A stretch of 64,000 nt of DNA from a virus (IMGVR_UViG_3300028025_003852:1-64000); one strand, 5' to 3'. Numbered from the stretch's first letter, positions 1-13,433 are shown. The notes: generated by a model not told the origin, from the sequence alone. Made by a program: numbers and translations.

Positions 1-1090
1 CTCCAGCAGCCATGATGCCTACACCAATGTTGCTAACGACCAGTGCTGCAAGACCATAAATTGCGTATGCAATTCTACGATTCTGTGCCTTTGGAATAAG
101 AATTCCAATAGCATCACTTGCGGCATCCTGTGCTCCCTGTGGAAGCGGTTTAATAGTAGCCATAGGTTTTGTCTCCTTAGTTGGTTTATTTGTTTCAACA
201 GGCTTTGCAGCCTCTTCTTTTGCAGCTTTGTCTGCTGCTGCTTTTGCATCTGCTGCAGCTTTTTCTTCTGCCTTCTTAGCTTCTGCAGCTACCTTTTCGG
301 CAACTGCTTTTGCATATTCTGCTGCTTTGTCTGCTGCTTTCTTAGCTTCGGCTGCTGCTTTAGCTGCTTCTGCTTTTGCATTATTCATAGCATTAATGTC
401 CTCTACTAGGGTCTGCAAGAATCCAGCCCACGATAGTGGACCAAGAATTCCATCGACAGATCCTGGTGGGGCATAGTTACCATTTTTCTGACCATACTTC
501 TGTAATCCCATATATGTGTTTTTACCTGGAATTCCATCAATTAGCCCTGAATAAAGATAGTTTTGCTGTAGCAGTGTCTGGATTCCTGTCCAAGTCTTTG
601 GTCCAGTAGTGCCATCAATAGCTCCGTCGTAAAGTCCAATGTTTGCTAGATTCTGTTGTACTAAACGGATAGAGTTTGTGACTGATGAAGCAGTGCTTCC
701 ACTACCACCAGCAGATGCACCCTGAACATATTCAAGTGGGTTGACCCTTACTCCATCTGGTGAAATTAGATGCCAGTGTACGTGGGGTCCAGTGCTGTCC
801 CCAGTGTTACCTGTGAAGCCGATAACCTGACCCTGAGCATAGTTTCCCTCACCAACAAAACTGTTAAGATGTAAATACTCATCAACAAAACCGTTTCCAT
901 GATGAAAACGAATCCAATTCCCTCGACCATTTCCAGTGTCTGGTCTATTTTCTAAACGACCAGCTCCTGGAGCAGGAATCGGGGTGTTCATGCCAGTGGC
1001 ATAATCAATGCCGCCACGAGAGCCACGATTTAAGTGGTCTTGCCATCCATCCGAAATTGGATAGCGAGCGAGCGTGTTAATATAACTCAT
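1..1090 (-). CDS. Endolysin: M23 peptidase + peptidoglycan-binding repeats + Ala/Lys/Glu linker + C-terminal holin-like TM segment (runs off window)
   Basis: Not in ORF track; translated by hand from ATG 1090 (RBS AAGGAGG): ...GGIDYA...YLHL...GNTGDSTGPHVHWH; three IDG.xG repeats; EAAKAAAEAKK linker; RRIAYAIYGLAALVVSNIGVGIMAAG; no stop before base 1. Confidence 0.9.
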   Translation of the reverse strand, partial: MSYINTLARYPISDGWQDHLNRGSRGGIDYATGMNTPIPAPGAGRLENRPDTGNGRGNWIRFHHGNGFVDEYLHLNSFVGEGNYAQGQVIGFTGNTGDSTGPHVHWHLISPDGVRVNPLEYVQGASAGGSGSTASSVTNSIRLVQQNLANIGLYDGAIDGTTGPKTWTGIQTLLQQNYLYSGLIDGIPGKNTYMGLQKYGQKNGNYAPPGSVDGILGPLSWAGFLQTLVEDINAMNNAKAEAAKAAAEAKKAADKAAEYAKAVAEKVAAEAKKAEEKAAADAKAAADKAAKEEAAKPVETNKPTKETKPMATIKPLPQGAQDAASDAIGILIPKAQNRRIAYAIYGLAALVVSNIGVGIMAAG

Positions 1091-1128
1091 GTCTTACCTC
1101 CTTAACAATTATACCATGATATAAAAAA

Positions 1129-1725
1129 TTACCCTGTTGCGTATTTGTTCATTACAGGCCAAGGATCAACTGGCGTATTTCCATCACGAATTTCATAGTG
1201 CAAGTGAGGACCAGTTGAAAGACCAGTGTTTCCTACTTGGCCAATTGGATCTCCCATTCTTACTGTCGTGCCAGGTGCAATATGTGGTGGTATTGATCCC
1301 TCAATCATATGAGCATAAACCATTGTATAGTATCCACCGTCAAATATTATAACGTGTACCCCATAAGACCCAGACGATTCTGCTTTTATAACTACTCCGT
1401 CTGTTGCTGAAACTATTGTTGTTCCATACCCTGGCATAAGGTCAAGCCCGTTATGATAGGACTTTGTGTTTGCTCTCCAAACACCAAACCCCTCATTGTA
1501 ATGTTCTGGTGATACAGGCCACATAAACTTTGGCACATAAATGTCAAGAGATCTTTTTGAAGCAGTGTAATCTGATGCCTTTAGAGTTTGTGTTCCTTTT
1601 TCTTCAAAGCTATAACTAGCATTTTCATCAGCATTTGAGATAGCTGGGTTTGCCAAAGAAAATGATAAAAATATAGCAAAACTTGCAACAACTGCAAAGC
1701 CCTTAAAACTAAAAAATTTTAACAT
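1129..1725 (-). CDS. Secreted M23 metallopeptidase
   Basis: Signal-peptide-like N-terminus; HNGLD, YAH, GNTGLSTGPHLHYE motifs. Confidence 0.9.
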   Translation of the reverse strand: MLKFFSFKGFAVVASFAIFLSFSLANPAISNADENASYSFEEKGTQTLKASDYTASKRSLDIYVPKFMWPVSPEHYNEGFGVWRANTKSYHNGLDLMPGYGTTIVSATDGVVIKAESSGSYGVHVIIFDGGYYTMVYAHMIEGSIPPHIAPGTTVRMGDPIGQVGNTGLSTGPHLHYEIRDGNTPVDPWPVMNKYATG

Positions 1726-1786
1726 TCTTACCTCCTAAAATAACGGTAAGTTTCTATTATAGCGTAACTATATTGAAAGTCAAAAC

Positions 1787-2833
1787 CTATTCACTATAAA
1801 ATCCAATATTCTCTAGAAGCCTTTGATCTGTCTTGTTTAGTTCAAGAGCTTTTTTGCCATACTTCAAAGCATTTTCTTTGTCTCCTAAATAATAATAAGA
1901 GATTGCAAGATAGTCATACGGAAGATATCCCCATGCAAAATCTTCACAAAGATAGTCTAGTGGCTTTTCTTTAATATCTAATGCTTCTAGGCATTGCTGT
2001 TTGCAGTTTTCCCAGTTTGATTTTTCATAATAGTACCCTGCCAATTCTACTATTGGCTCTCTTCTGCCAGGACTTTCTTTTATTGCAAGCTTAAACCATT
2101 TCTCTGCATCTTCTGTGGCACACTTTGCAATATATCGCATAGAGGCTGCTCGCTCTGGAGGCCAAACTGCCTTTGGCAAAGATAGGTGTCTCTTAAACTC
2201 TTCTTGTGCCTCTTGATACCTTGCATTAAAAAACAATTCACGAGCATAGTAGTATGCGTTTCTGTCATCTGTAGGATCTTCTTTTACAGAGAGTTCAAGC
2301 AGTGGCAGATATTGTCCCCTTGACTTTGAAGAATCTGGGTAATGATGAATTTCAAGATTACACCAACCCTGTACTTCTTCTATACGATCAGCTTTGATCA
2401 CCTCATGAACTGGATGCTTCCAAACGTATCCGTGCCTTGCATGAATCTTGTCTCCACCATACTGAAGTCCAGGAGATCCGTCTTCATTCCATGACCAAGT
2501 ATATTTATATCTAGGACGAGTAATTCCTTTTTCTAGCATACCCTCCAGTTCTTGCCTCCAACCAGGAAGAAGAATTTCGTCCATGTCTAAAGCAATACAG
2601 TAGTCAATATCCGAGGGTATCAAGGCTAGAGAAGCGTTTCTAGCAACATCAAATCTCCAAGGCTTTACAGATACAGGTATAACATTAATGCCTAAACCCA
2701 AAGCCTTTTCAAATGTGCCGTCTGTAGAACCAGTATCGGCAATCAAAAGATAGTCAGCTTCTTTTGCTGACTCATACCACTTTTCTACAAATTGCTCTTC
2801 ATTAAGTGCAATTGCATACACTGCTATTTTCAC
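1787..2833 (-). CDS. GT2 glycosyltransferase with TPR C-terminus
   Basis: IADTGSTDGT, FDVARN, LDMDE; TPR-like helical repeats. Confidence 0.88.
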   Translation of the reverse strand: MKIAVYAIALNEEQFVEKWYESAKEADYLLIADTGSTDGTFEKALGLGINVIPVSVKPWRFDVARNASLALIPSDIDYCIALDMDEILLPGWRQELEGMLEKGITRPRYKYTWSWNEDGSPGLQYGGDKIHARHGYVWKHPVHEVIKADRIEEVQGWCNLEIHHYPDSSKSRGQYLPLLELSVKEDPTDDRNAYYYARELFFNARYQEAQEEFKRHLSLPKAVWPPERAASMRYIAKCATEDAEKWFKLAIKESPGRREPIVELAGYYYEKSNWENCKQQCLEALDIKEKPLDYLCEDFAWGYLPYDYLAISYYYLGDKENALKYGKKALELNKTDQRLLENIGFYSE

Positions 2834-2849
2834 TAATACCCACTATTTT

Positions 2850-3017
2850 TTAAGACTCAACATTGGAAAGAATTTGCATAAAGGTAATGTCTGTGATCTG
2901 TGTACCACATGGACCACATACTACGTTTATTGGAATAATTTCGTCGGTAAGAATTGTAATTGGCATACCCGAATTTTGACAGCCAGCTATACGACATATA
3001 ACGATTGATTCATTCAT
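2850..3017 (-). CDS. 55-aa Cys-rich protein downstream of fibre genes
   Basis: Hand translation MNESIVICRIAGCQNSG...VVCGPCGTQITDI; RBS AAGGA. Confidence 0.7.
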   Translation of the reverse strand: MNESIVICRIAGCQNSGMPITILTDEIIPINVVCGPCGTQITDITFMQILSNVES

Positions 3018-3029
3018 ATTTTTTCCTTA

Positions 3030-4973
3030 TTACCAGTATAGCAGGACACAGCCATTGCCGCCGTCTCCCCCCAGGCCTCCGCCTCCACCGCCGCCTAGGC
3101 CACCTGCACCTCCAACAGATGTGCTTGTTGTGTCTGAGGTTCCATTGCCCCCTGGCCCCAAAAAACCACCGCCTCCTCCACCGCCAACATACTTAGTAGA
3201 TGTACCAGTACGAGTAGCCCCAGTACCACCAGGGTATACACCAGATCCGCCGCTGCCAGCTGTAGCAGTTGCTCCATTTGCAGCGTTATTTTGCCGTGCT
3301 CCACCTCCTCCGCCACCAATTAGTCCAGACCCACCATTGCCACCAGTAGCAGCAGCTGAACCAGCAAAAGAAGTAGAAGCAGCCCCACCACCGCCACCAG
3401 AAACACCAGATCTGCCATCAGTAGCAGCTACAGCACCAGCAACATTTGATATAACCCAATTACCCGATTCTCCTCCTATAGAAGTAAATAGTACAGAACC
3501 AGAATTACTAGCAACAGTTGTACTACTGCTAAGACTAGCCTGTGGGGTGGCTCCTGCACCAAAAACGGAAGGAGTTGAACCAATTGTTCCTATTCCTCCA
3601 CCAGCAGCATATAGTGTTGAGTATAAACTTGGCTCTCCTCCAGAACTTGAAAGCCCTGTTGGTCCAGCACCAACAGTTACTTTATTAGAAGCTGGAACAA
3701 GGCCATAAACAATTGCCCCAGCTCCGCCACCGCCGCCGCCGCCGCTGGCTCCTCCAGCGTTGCCACTACCTACAACAATGGCAAATACAAGATCAGGAAG
3801 TGGATCAAAATCACTCATAGAAATAGCTAGTGTGGTTGAGTTTATTTTTACAAAACCTTTGTAGAGAGTGTTTCCTGACCACTCACTGAATCCTCCGATG
3901 GCAAAAATGTCTCCGCTGGATAGCTGAATTACATCATCCACAAGGCCACCGTTACTAGGACCAAAGTTTGAACTAAACGTTCCATTTGAAGTTACTCTGT
4001 AAAGGCTCTCGACACCACCAAGAAGAAAACTTCCATCAGATTGGATGTAGATGCACCTAAAGCTATATGAAACTGACTCGTTACGGAATTCAACAGTTCC
4101 GTTTGAGTTAAGGCGAACTATTCCAACTGCTGTCTGAGAGACCGAGTTTACTATCCAAGAGCTAAAGTCTCCCCCCACAATAATAATTTTGCCATCAGGT
4201 TGTATAGCAACATCTAGTAGTACTGGACTGTACTCAGAGTCATATGGCCCCTCAACAGCAGCTGTAAAGGCCGTATCTAAGCTGCCGTCAGAATTAAGGC
4301 GAGCTACGCAATTACAAGATACTCCTTTGATCTGATTAATAGTTCCTACAAGTACAATTTTTCCATCACTTTGTACGGCCATAGCGTTGATTTGCCCACT
4401 AACATCTGTGTCATCAAAAACAAAAGAAGAGTCTCTAGTTCCGTCAGAGTTTAATCGAACAATTCCACCGACTGTTGTCACTCCATTCCAAGATTCAAAA
4501 GTTCCTGAAACAACAATTTTTCCGTCAGTTTGAAGTGCAATGCTTAATATATAACGGCTTGTTGTTGGTCCTGTACCAATATTTGTCATAAAAGCGGTAT
4601 CTAAAGTACCGTCAGGATTGAGACGAGCTATGCGAGTCGCCGTTGAGCCATTAAACAAAGTAAACTGACCAGCAATAAGTATTTTTCCGTCAGACTGCAA
4701 AAGAACTTTACTTATAGAGCCACTATCGCCTGTAGCTCCTGTCCCAGTGTTTGCAACAAAAGAGGTGTCAACGCTACCGTTTGAATTAAGCCTAGCAATT
4801 CCACTAGCATTAGGAACACCGTTTACATTAGTAAAAATTCCTACAAAAATAATTTTGCCGTCGGTCTGCTGAACAACATTGTAGATGGTGCCATCACACT
4901 TAGGGACAATTGTTCTAGTACCTGCAGTTGAATCTTGATATCTAAGTACTTTATCTTTGGGAATAGGAATCAT
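3030..4973 (-). CDS. Delta-60-type beta-propeller repeat protein with Gly-rich C-terminal domain (putative receptor-binding/tail protein)
   Basis: Repeats Q.DGKI...G.F...IARLN.DG.LDTAF; ends GGNGCVLLYW. Confidence 0.8.
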   Translation of the reverse strand: MIPIPKDKVLRYQDSTAGTRTIVPKCDGTIYNVVQQTDGKIIFVGIFTNVNGVPNASGIARLNSNGSVDTSFVANTGTGATGDSGSISKVLLQSDGKILIAGQFTLFNGSTATRIARLNPDGTLDTAFMTNIGTGPTTSRYILSIALQTDGKIVVSGTFESWNGVTTVGGIVRLNSDGTRDSSFVFDDTDVSGQINAMAVQSDGKIVLVGTINQIKGVSCNCVARLNSDGSLDTAFTAAVEGPYDSEYSPVLLDVAIQPDGKIIIVGGDFSSWIVNSVSQTAVGIVRLNSNGTVEFRNESVSYSFRCIYIQSDGSFLLGGVESLYRVTSNGTFSSNFGPSNGGLVDDVIQLSSGDIFAIGGFSEWSGNTLYKGFVKINSTTLAISMSDFDPLPDLVFAIVVGSGNAGGASGGGGGGGAGAIVYGLVPASNKVTVGAGPTGLSSSGGEPSLYSTLYAAGGGIGTIGSTPSVFGAGATPQASLSSSTTVASNSGSVLFTSIGGESGNWVISNVAGAVAATDGRSGVSGGGGGAASTSFAGSAAATGGNGGSGLIGGGGGGARQNNAANGATATAGSGGSGVYPGGTGATRTGTSTKYVGGGGGGGFLGPGGNGTSDTTSTSVGGAGGLGGGGGGGLGGDGGNGCVLLYW

Positions 4974-4977
4974 TTTA

Positions 4978-8562
<3,585 letters not shown>

Positions 8563-8574
8563 AAGTTTCCTATA

Positions 8575-9015
8575 CTATGCCTTAAGTCCTATTCGAGAAA
8601 ATCGAACAGTAACTGGCGTTACAGCTGGGGTAACGGTTAGAGTAATGTTTCCAGAACTTTGAGAAACACTAACTGCTCCAAGTGTGCCGTCGTTATCTAA
8701 TATTCCATACTCTGTAACACTAACATTGTTTTTGTCCATAAGGACTGTTAGTTCTGTTGCATAAAATTTATTATTTGCACCGTCTGTTTTTGAAATAGAA
8801 ACAAGATACTTTACAACTCTCCATTGAGTTGCAGGAAAACTGTCAATAATTGTTGGTGAAGAAATTGCACTCAAGGTGTGCTCATTGTTACCAAATGATC
8901 CAAGATCTGTGCTCTGCTGAATCAGGGTGTCAATCAAATCAACATAGTCTGCACCAGTAGGAATATCTCCAGTTTCAAACTTTGATTTTAGTGTATTGAT
9001 ATCAATTCTAGCCAT
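8575..9015 (-). CDS. Putative virion structural protein
   Basis: LKSKFETGDIPT..DY.DLIDT N-terminus typical of tail-fibre-type proteins; beta-rich. Confidence 0.6.
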   Translation of the reverse strand: MARIDINTLKSKFETGDIPTGADYVDLIDTLIQQSTDLGSFGNNEHTLSAISSPTIIDSFPATQWRVVKYLVSISKTDGANNKFYATELTVLMDKNNVSVTEYGILDNDGTLGAVSVSQSSGNITLTVTPAVTPVTVRFSRIGLKA

Positions 9016-9032
9016 AGTAAAAGTATATCAGA

Positions 9033-9344
9033 TTATAAGATTAAGTTATTGTATCCGATAACTGCAATACCAATAGGTGCCGCCGATCCAGCTGGGAAAT
9101 TAGAAAATCCCAATGTCGTAAACCTTATTCTGAATGGAGATATTTCTTCAACAGAAGATTTGTGAGAAAGATCAGAAAGATCAAGTATTGGATAGCTTGT
9201 TGCCCCTAAAACTTTTGAGGTATTGACAATGTCTGAAACTTCTGCCTTAGCCTGCAAATTATCAAAAGAGGCCCTTGCATAATTGACAGACTTAGCTCTA
9301 CGTGCTATGCCAGAACCAGTGTCTATTATCTTTACAGTAGACAT
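9033..9344 (-). CDS. Hypothetical structural-module protein
   Basis: Coupled ORF in tail module. Confidence 0.55.
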   Translation of the reverse strand: MSTVKIIDTGSGIARRAKSVNYARASFDNLQAKAEVSDIVNTSKVLGATSYPILDLSDLSHKSSVEEISPFRIRFTTLGFSNFPAGSAAPIGIAVIGYNNLIL

Positions 9345-9754
9345 TATGACACCACTGAGTTAGTAACATCCTCTAGAATGATCATGCTACCCTGGGCAAC
9401 TGTCCACACCCTTGTGGCATCTGAAAGCTCAATATCAAAGATGTCTCCAGTTTGAAGAACCGTAGATTGTTGTGGGGTAAGCTTTACTGTAAATTCTCCA
9501 GGACCGTCTGCAGCTGTTGCCTGTGGGAACAATGTCATACGCAAACTGGCGTTGTCTGTAATTGTTGGAGTTGTCTGGGCAACTGTTGGTCTCTTAATTT
9601 CCATCTCAATAGCCCAGTTGGCAATAGTTAAAGGAGCCTTTGCATCGTCTGTAACATACACTCTAAATGAAGCAGAGTCTCCACGAACAACTGTCCATGT
9701 GATAAATGGTGGGGTATTGCCAATAGAATACCCAGACCCTCTAGTAGTAGCCAT
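9344..9754 (-). CDS. Putative tail/baseplate adaptor (paralogous to 12761-13138)
   Basis: Shares WTVVRGD(S/T)A motif and F(D)..L....VWT...G.I...DVT ending with 12761-13138. Confidence 0.6.
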   Translation of the reverse strand: MATTRGSGYSIGNTPPFITWTVVRGDSASFRVYVTDDAKAPLTIANWAIEMEIKRPTVAQTTPTITDNASLRMTLFPQATAADGPGEFTVKLTPQQSTVLQTGDIFDIELSDATRVWTVAQGSMIILEDVTNSVVS

Positions 9755-9785
9755 GATTAAATTATACCATAACTAATTAATTGTA

Positions 9786-10661
9786 TTATGTAGAATTAAC
9801 CCCAGTTATATCAATTGCTACCCAAGATGTTCCGTTCCATCTTCTAACTTGTGTAATGTTTTGCCAAGCTGATCCGTCATATTTTCTAAGTTTACTTAAA
9901 ACTGTAAAGCTTGGCCCCACATATCTTGTGATAGCGGTAATGAATACTGCTGTTGATGTGGCAGCTGAGCCAAATCCTGCAGTATTAAAAGCAAACATTC
10001 TAAACTGATGATAACGTCCTGGTGTTAAGTTTGTATAGGTGTGAGAAAGGGTTGTTGTTGCTAGAACCTCAGTGCCTCCCCAAGCTCCCCAGGTTGTTCC
10101 ATCAGTAGACTCTCTTCTTTGAACTCTGTAGTTAGCGATGGCAGCACCACCATCAGCTGCAGAATTAGTTCTTGTTACTGTAACACTTGTACCGTTTAAA
10201 GTTCTAGAAATGCTAGCTGGTGCTGATGGAACGGTAGTCCAGACCCAACTTCCAGACAGTCGGCCGAGGAATGCACCATAATCACCACCAGTATAGCCAT
10301 CGTACCTATAATGTATTACAGCATTTGTTGATACGTTGTCTCTGCGAAAAGTGGTTTCTGTTCCACCAGTTTTTGTTACTCTAACGGCGCAAGTTGTTGC
10401 TGGGTTTGTTGAAGAAAGTATGATTGCGCCTTCTCCGTGCAGGACATTTGCATAAACAATAGCCTTACTATTCGTGCCAGTTAGCCTATCTGGGCTAATA
10501 GAGGCAACCCTTATAGCATAGTTACCGTCAATATTTACTCTTGCACCAGCTGCTGCATTTGGAAAGCCAACAAGTTCTTGTTGAATGAAATCGTTTGTGT
10601 CGAGGAAGAAAGATGGTCCGAAGTTTCCAATTGCTCCACCAGGAAAATCAATAGTTGGCAT
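9786..10661 (-). CDS. Fibronectin type III domain minor tail protein
   Basis: VPSAP...DGGAAIANYRV...NLTPGRYHQFRMFAFNTAGFG. Confidence 0.78.
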   Translation of the reverse strand: MPTIDFPGGAIGNFGPSFFLDTNDFIQQELVGFPNAAAGARVNIDGNYAIRVASISPDRLTGTNSKAIVYANVLHGEGAIILSSTNPATTCAVRVTKTGGTETTFRRDNVSTNAVIHYRYDGYTGGDYGAFLGRLSGSWVWTTVPSAPASISRTLNGTSVTVTRTNSAADGGAAIANYRVQRRESTDGTTWGAWGGTEVLATTTLSHTYTNLTPGRYHQFRMFAFNTAGFGSAATSTAVFITAITRYVGPSFTVLSKLRKYDGSAWQNITQVRRWNGTSWVAIDITGVNST

Positions 10662-10664
10662 CTG

Positions 10665-11264
10665 CTACCACATCCAAATGTCGCCAGCCTGCAGTCCTGG
10701 AGCAGTTGGTTGGGTTGCACCAATAAAAATTCTTCTGTATCCATCAAGATTGGTAAAATCTCCACCAGCAGCTTTGTACAGTAAAGCACTTCTTGCTACC
10801 GCAGCCGTTCCATACAAAATAGCATTATAAGAAGTTGAAGCTAGAGTGTTGCCAGCACCTGTTAAAAGTATTGCACTAGCATTTCCATTTTCAAGAACCT
10901 TTGTTGATCCATTTTCGGCAAGCATATCTGCATTGATACCATTTGATGCTGTCAAAGATCCAGTTACATTTACTGAAGAAGAAAATGTAACGCTACCACT
11001 AAAAGTTACGGTAGCTGAAGAAACGCCTACAGTAGCACCAGAAAGAGTTAGTGCACCAGAAAGAGTTAGTGCACTAGATATCGTTTGAGCTGTTGCAGTA
11101 GTTTTTTTAACTGAATCATTAAGGTACCAGCTTACGCTTGTGTGGTAATCCTCAAATGCCTTAACAATATCTGCATCATCATCAAGGGACGGGTTTGTTA
11201 CAGTAAAAAGCGGAGGTATCCCTGGTGCTGCACCTGGAATTGTTGGGGTAAAGGGTTGTGTCAT
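10665..11264 (-). CDS. Putative minor tail protein
   Basis: Ser/Thr/Gly beta repeats; C-terminal IFIGATQPT...GDIW motif. Confidence 0.65.
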   Translation of the reverse strand: MTQPFTPTIPGAAPGIPPLFTVTNPSLDDDADIVKAFEDYHTSVSWYLNDSVKKTTATAQTISSALTLSGALTLSGATVGVSSATVTFSGSVTFSSSVNVTGSLTASNGINADMLAENGSTKVLENGNASAILLTGAGNTLASTSYNAILYGTAAVARSALLYKAAGGDFTNLDGYRRIFIGATQPTAPGLQAGDIWMW

Positions 11265-11292
11265 AGTATCACCATTATGATTATATCATAGC

Positions 11293-12045
11293 CTAAGCTA
11301 CTCCAAATCTTCCCTTCGTAGCGTTAAAGTTTTCCTGTATTTCTGAACTGCTGAGTGCCTTATTATAAACGTACAAAGCACCAATTCTAGATATTGGCTC
11401 ACGAGATCCTGGTGTTTGACCAGAATTAATCTTTAGTATTGAGTTATTTGTTCCTGTGCTTGTTTCTGTATTTGCAAGAGAAATATACTCTGTGTTGTTT
11501 ACGTAAACTTTGCTTGATGTGGTGCTTCTTCCATTAAATGCAATCACTGATGTAACTAGAATCCAAGTATTTGTAGTAATTGAAGAAGTAGAAAGAACGT
11601 AGTAATCATTTGATGTACCGTCCATTTGAAGGGCAAGCTGACCTTCATTGCGAAGCTGTAGAGAATATCCTGCACCAGATGTATATTTTTCAAATATTCT
11701 ATCTTTATCATTAAATGAAGATACGTCAATCCATAGTTGTAGTGTAAACACTGTGTTTGGCTCGCCCCTAGTTACCGTTGAGTCTGGGACAGAAATAAAA
11801 TCGTCAACTCCATCTAGAACAAATACACCATTATTGAATAGGCTATAGTCTGTGCCATTTTGCAAAATTGCTGGCGAACTGTTTCCCTTTAGATCAAACC
11901 AGGATGTTCCAGTACCTGGATATGAATCGGGGTAGCTAGACTCGAAATGCGAAACTAGTCCAGACTGAACAATGTTTGCAGTAAAAGGCTCAACAGTTCC
12001 AGATCGCTTACCTGCTTGAAATGATCCTGTAAATGAACTAAGCAT
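11293..12045 (-). CDS. LamG/concanavalin-like lectin domain protein
   Basis: SYPGTGTSWFDL, FVLDGVDD, YVYNKALSSSEIQENFNATKGRFG. Confidence 0.82.
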   Translation of the reverse strand: MLSSFTGSFQAGKRSGTVEPFTANIVQSGLVSHFESSYPDSYPGTGTSWFDLKGNSSPAILQNGTDYSLFNNGVFVLDGVDDFISVPDSTVTRGEPNTVFTLQLWIDVSSFNDKDRIFEKYTSGAGYSLQLRNEGQLALQMDGTSNDYYVLSTSSITTNTWILVTSVIAFNGRSTTSSKVYVNNTEYISLANTETSTGTNNSILKINSGQTPGSREPISRIGALYVYNKALSSSEIQENFNATKGRFGVA

Positions 12046-12761
12046 TATCCAAACGACACTAGCTGACCAAAGACAGCGTATGCCCCTCCATTATTCAAAA
12101 TACTAAAGCTGACAATGTCCTTCTTGTTAGCATTTCCAGGTGGGACGCTACCTCCCTGCCAGTTAATTGTTTGTGCTACACCAGCAATCTGAACAGCGGT
12201 AGGAATTCTTGCAGTACCACCCTGATTTAGAATTAGTGTTACCGTGGTTGCTGAACCTGCATCAAGTGCTAGGTTTGTAAGATTGACCGTAAAGTTTGCT
12301 GAAAGATTTGTGTGATTAAAAATATGCCCTAAAGAACAGTTATGCACAACCACACCAGTAGCTCCAGTTACGCTTGTAAATGTTTCTGAAACTTTTTTAA
12401 TTTTGAGAATGCTTGGATCTATCCAGGTTACTGCATAATCTGTTGGAGACTCTTTCCCTAAGTAGAAACCAGTGGTTCCTCCTGCTGGAACACCACTTCC
12501 GCTTGCTGCAACCAATTGCCATACGGCTGATCCAACTTGTGGAATTTGTCCAACTGTACCAGTTGCATTACGATACCATGTTGAACCATTGTATGTAACA
12601 ACATTACCAATTGGATATGTGGCTGAATTATTATAAGGACCAGAAAAAGACCAGAGTGCATTTTGTCCTGCTGGTCCTGTTGGTCCTTGAACTCCTTGTG
12701 GTCCTGCTGCACCTGTTTGTCCAGCGGAACCTGGGAATGGAACAATTTTAATTGTTGGCAT
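12045..12761 (-). CDS. Short collagen repeat plus carbohydrate-binding-like tail protein
   Basis: Start moved to MPTIKIV (TAATG overlap); GPQGVQGPTGPAG; Y..GNVVTYNGSTW. Confidence 0.7.
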   Translation of the reverse strand: MPTIKIVPFPGSAGQTGAAGPQGVQGPTGPAGQNALWSFSGPYNNSATYPIGNVVTYNGSTWYRNATGTVGQIPQVGSAVWQLVAASGSGVPAGGTTGFYLGKESPTDYAVTWIDPSILKIKKVSETFTSVTGATGVVVHNCSLGHIFNHTNLSANFTVNLTNLALDAGSATTVTLILNQGGTARIPTAVQIAGVAQTINWQGGSVPPGNANKKDIVSFSILNNGGAYAVFGQLVSFG

Positions 12762-13138
12762 TATAAACTTCCTCCTGTTACGTCTCCGATAACAGTGATT
12801 GTACCAATGACAGGTGTCCAAACAGTATCATCAATAGTTACCTGGAGATCAAAAGCTAATTCTGCGACTACTGCCTTGTATCCGATTCCCCAAAATTTTG
12901 TAATTTCTGCAGGTGCCGTAATTTCTACGTATCCACTTCCTGCAGATGTTTCAAGTTCGTCTAGAACATCTCCCTTAAAATCATATGCGTATGAAGCATA
13001 TTCCCAAGTTGATGTAGAATATTTTGTTACTTCGTCATCCTGTAAAAACTCTACACGAAGTACAGCGGTGTCGCCTCGAACGACAGTCCATTTCATGTTA
13101 TATGGATTTGCACCAAAAATATCAGCGACGGTAGTCAT
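12761..13138 (-). CDS. Putative tail/baseplate adaptor
   Basis: WTVVRGDTA motif; start MTTVAD just after a TATAAT. Confidence 0.6.
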   Translation of the reverse strand: MTTVADIFGANPYNMKWTVVRGDTAVLRVEFLQDDEVTKYSTSTWEYASYAYDFKGDVLDELETSAGSGYVEITAPAEITKFWGIGYKAVVAELAFDLQVTIDDTVWTPVIGTITVIGDVTGGSL

Positions 13139-13164
13139 AGTAATTCTATTATACACCACTAATA

Positions 13165-13213
13165 GGACTGGCACCCGAAAATAGTGGGTATGAGAGACGT
13201 TCGAGTGCCAGCC
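13165..13213 (-). ncRNA. Candidate antisense hairpin sRNA (14-bp stem, 20-nt loop)
   Basis: TATAAT (13225-13220) 6 nt upstream; two G-U pairs that only work on the minus strand; loop complementary to the mRNA at 62969-62980. Confidence 0.6.
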
Positions 13214-13222
13214 ATAATTATT

Positions 13223-13318
13223 ATAACATATTGTAACAATTTGATAACAAAAAAATAAAAATCATTGATATATCAACACTGTTATATAATCGTTACAACA
13301 TTGTTATAGAAACGTTAC
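13223..13318. promoter_or_regulatory. Arrays of GTTAY/RTAAC half-sites at 10-11 bp period (MtrA/GlnR-like boxes)
   Basis: GTTAY at 13281, 13292, 13303, 13314; RTAAC at 13223, 13233, 13244. Confidence 0.5.
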
Positions 13319-13433
13319 CAAATACATGCTCGGGGTATGCTATGGTATATAAAGATAATAGATACTAAGAAAACTCTCTCTTAGAGATAGCTTCTCAATA
13401 AAAGAAAAACAATCCGAAGGATTAAGGATAAGT

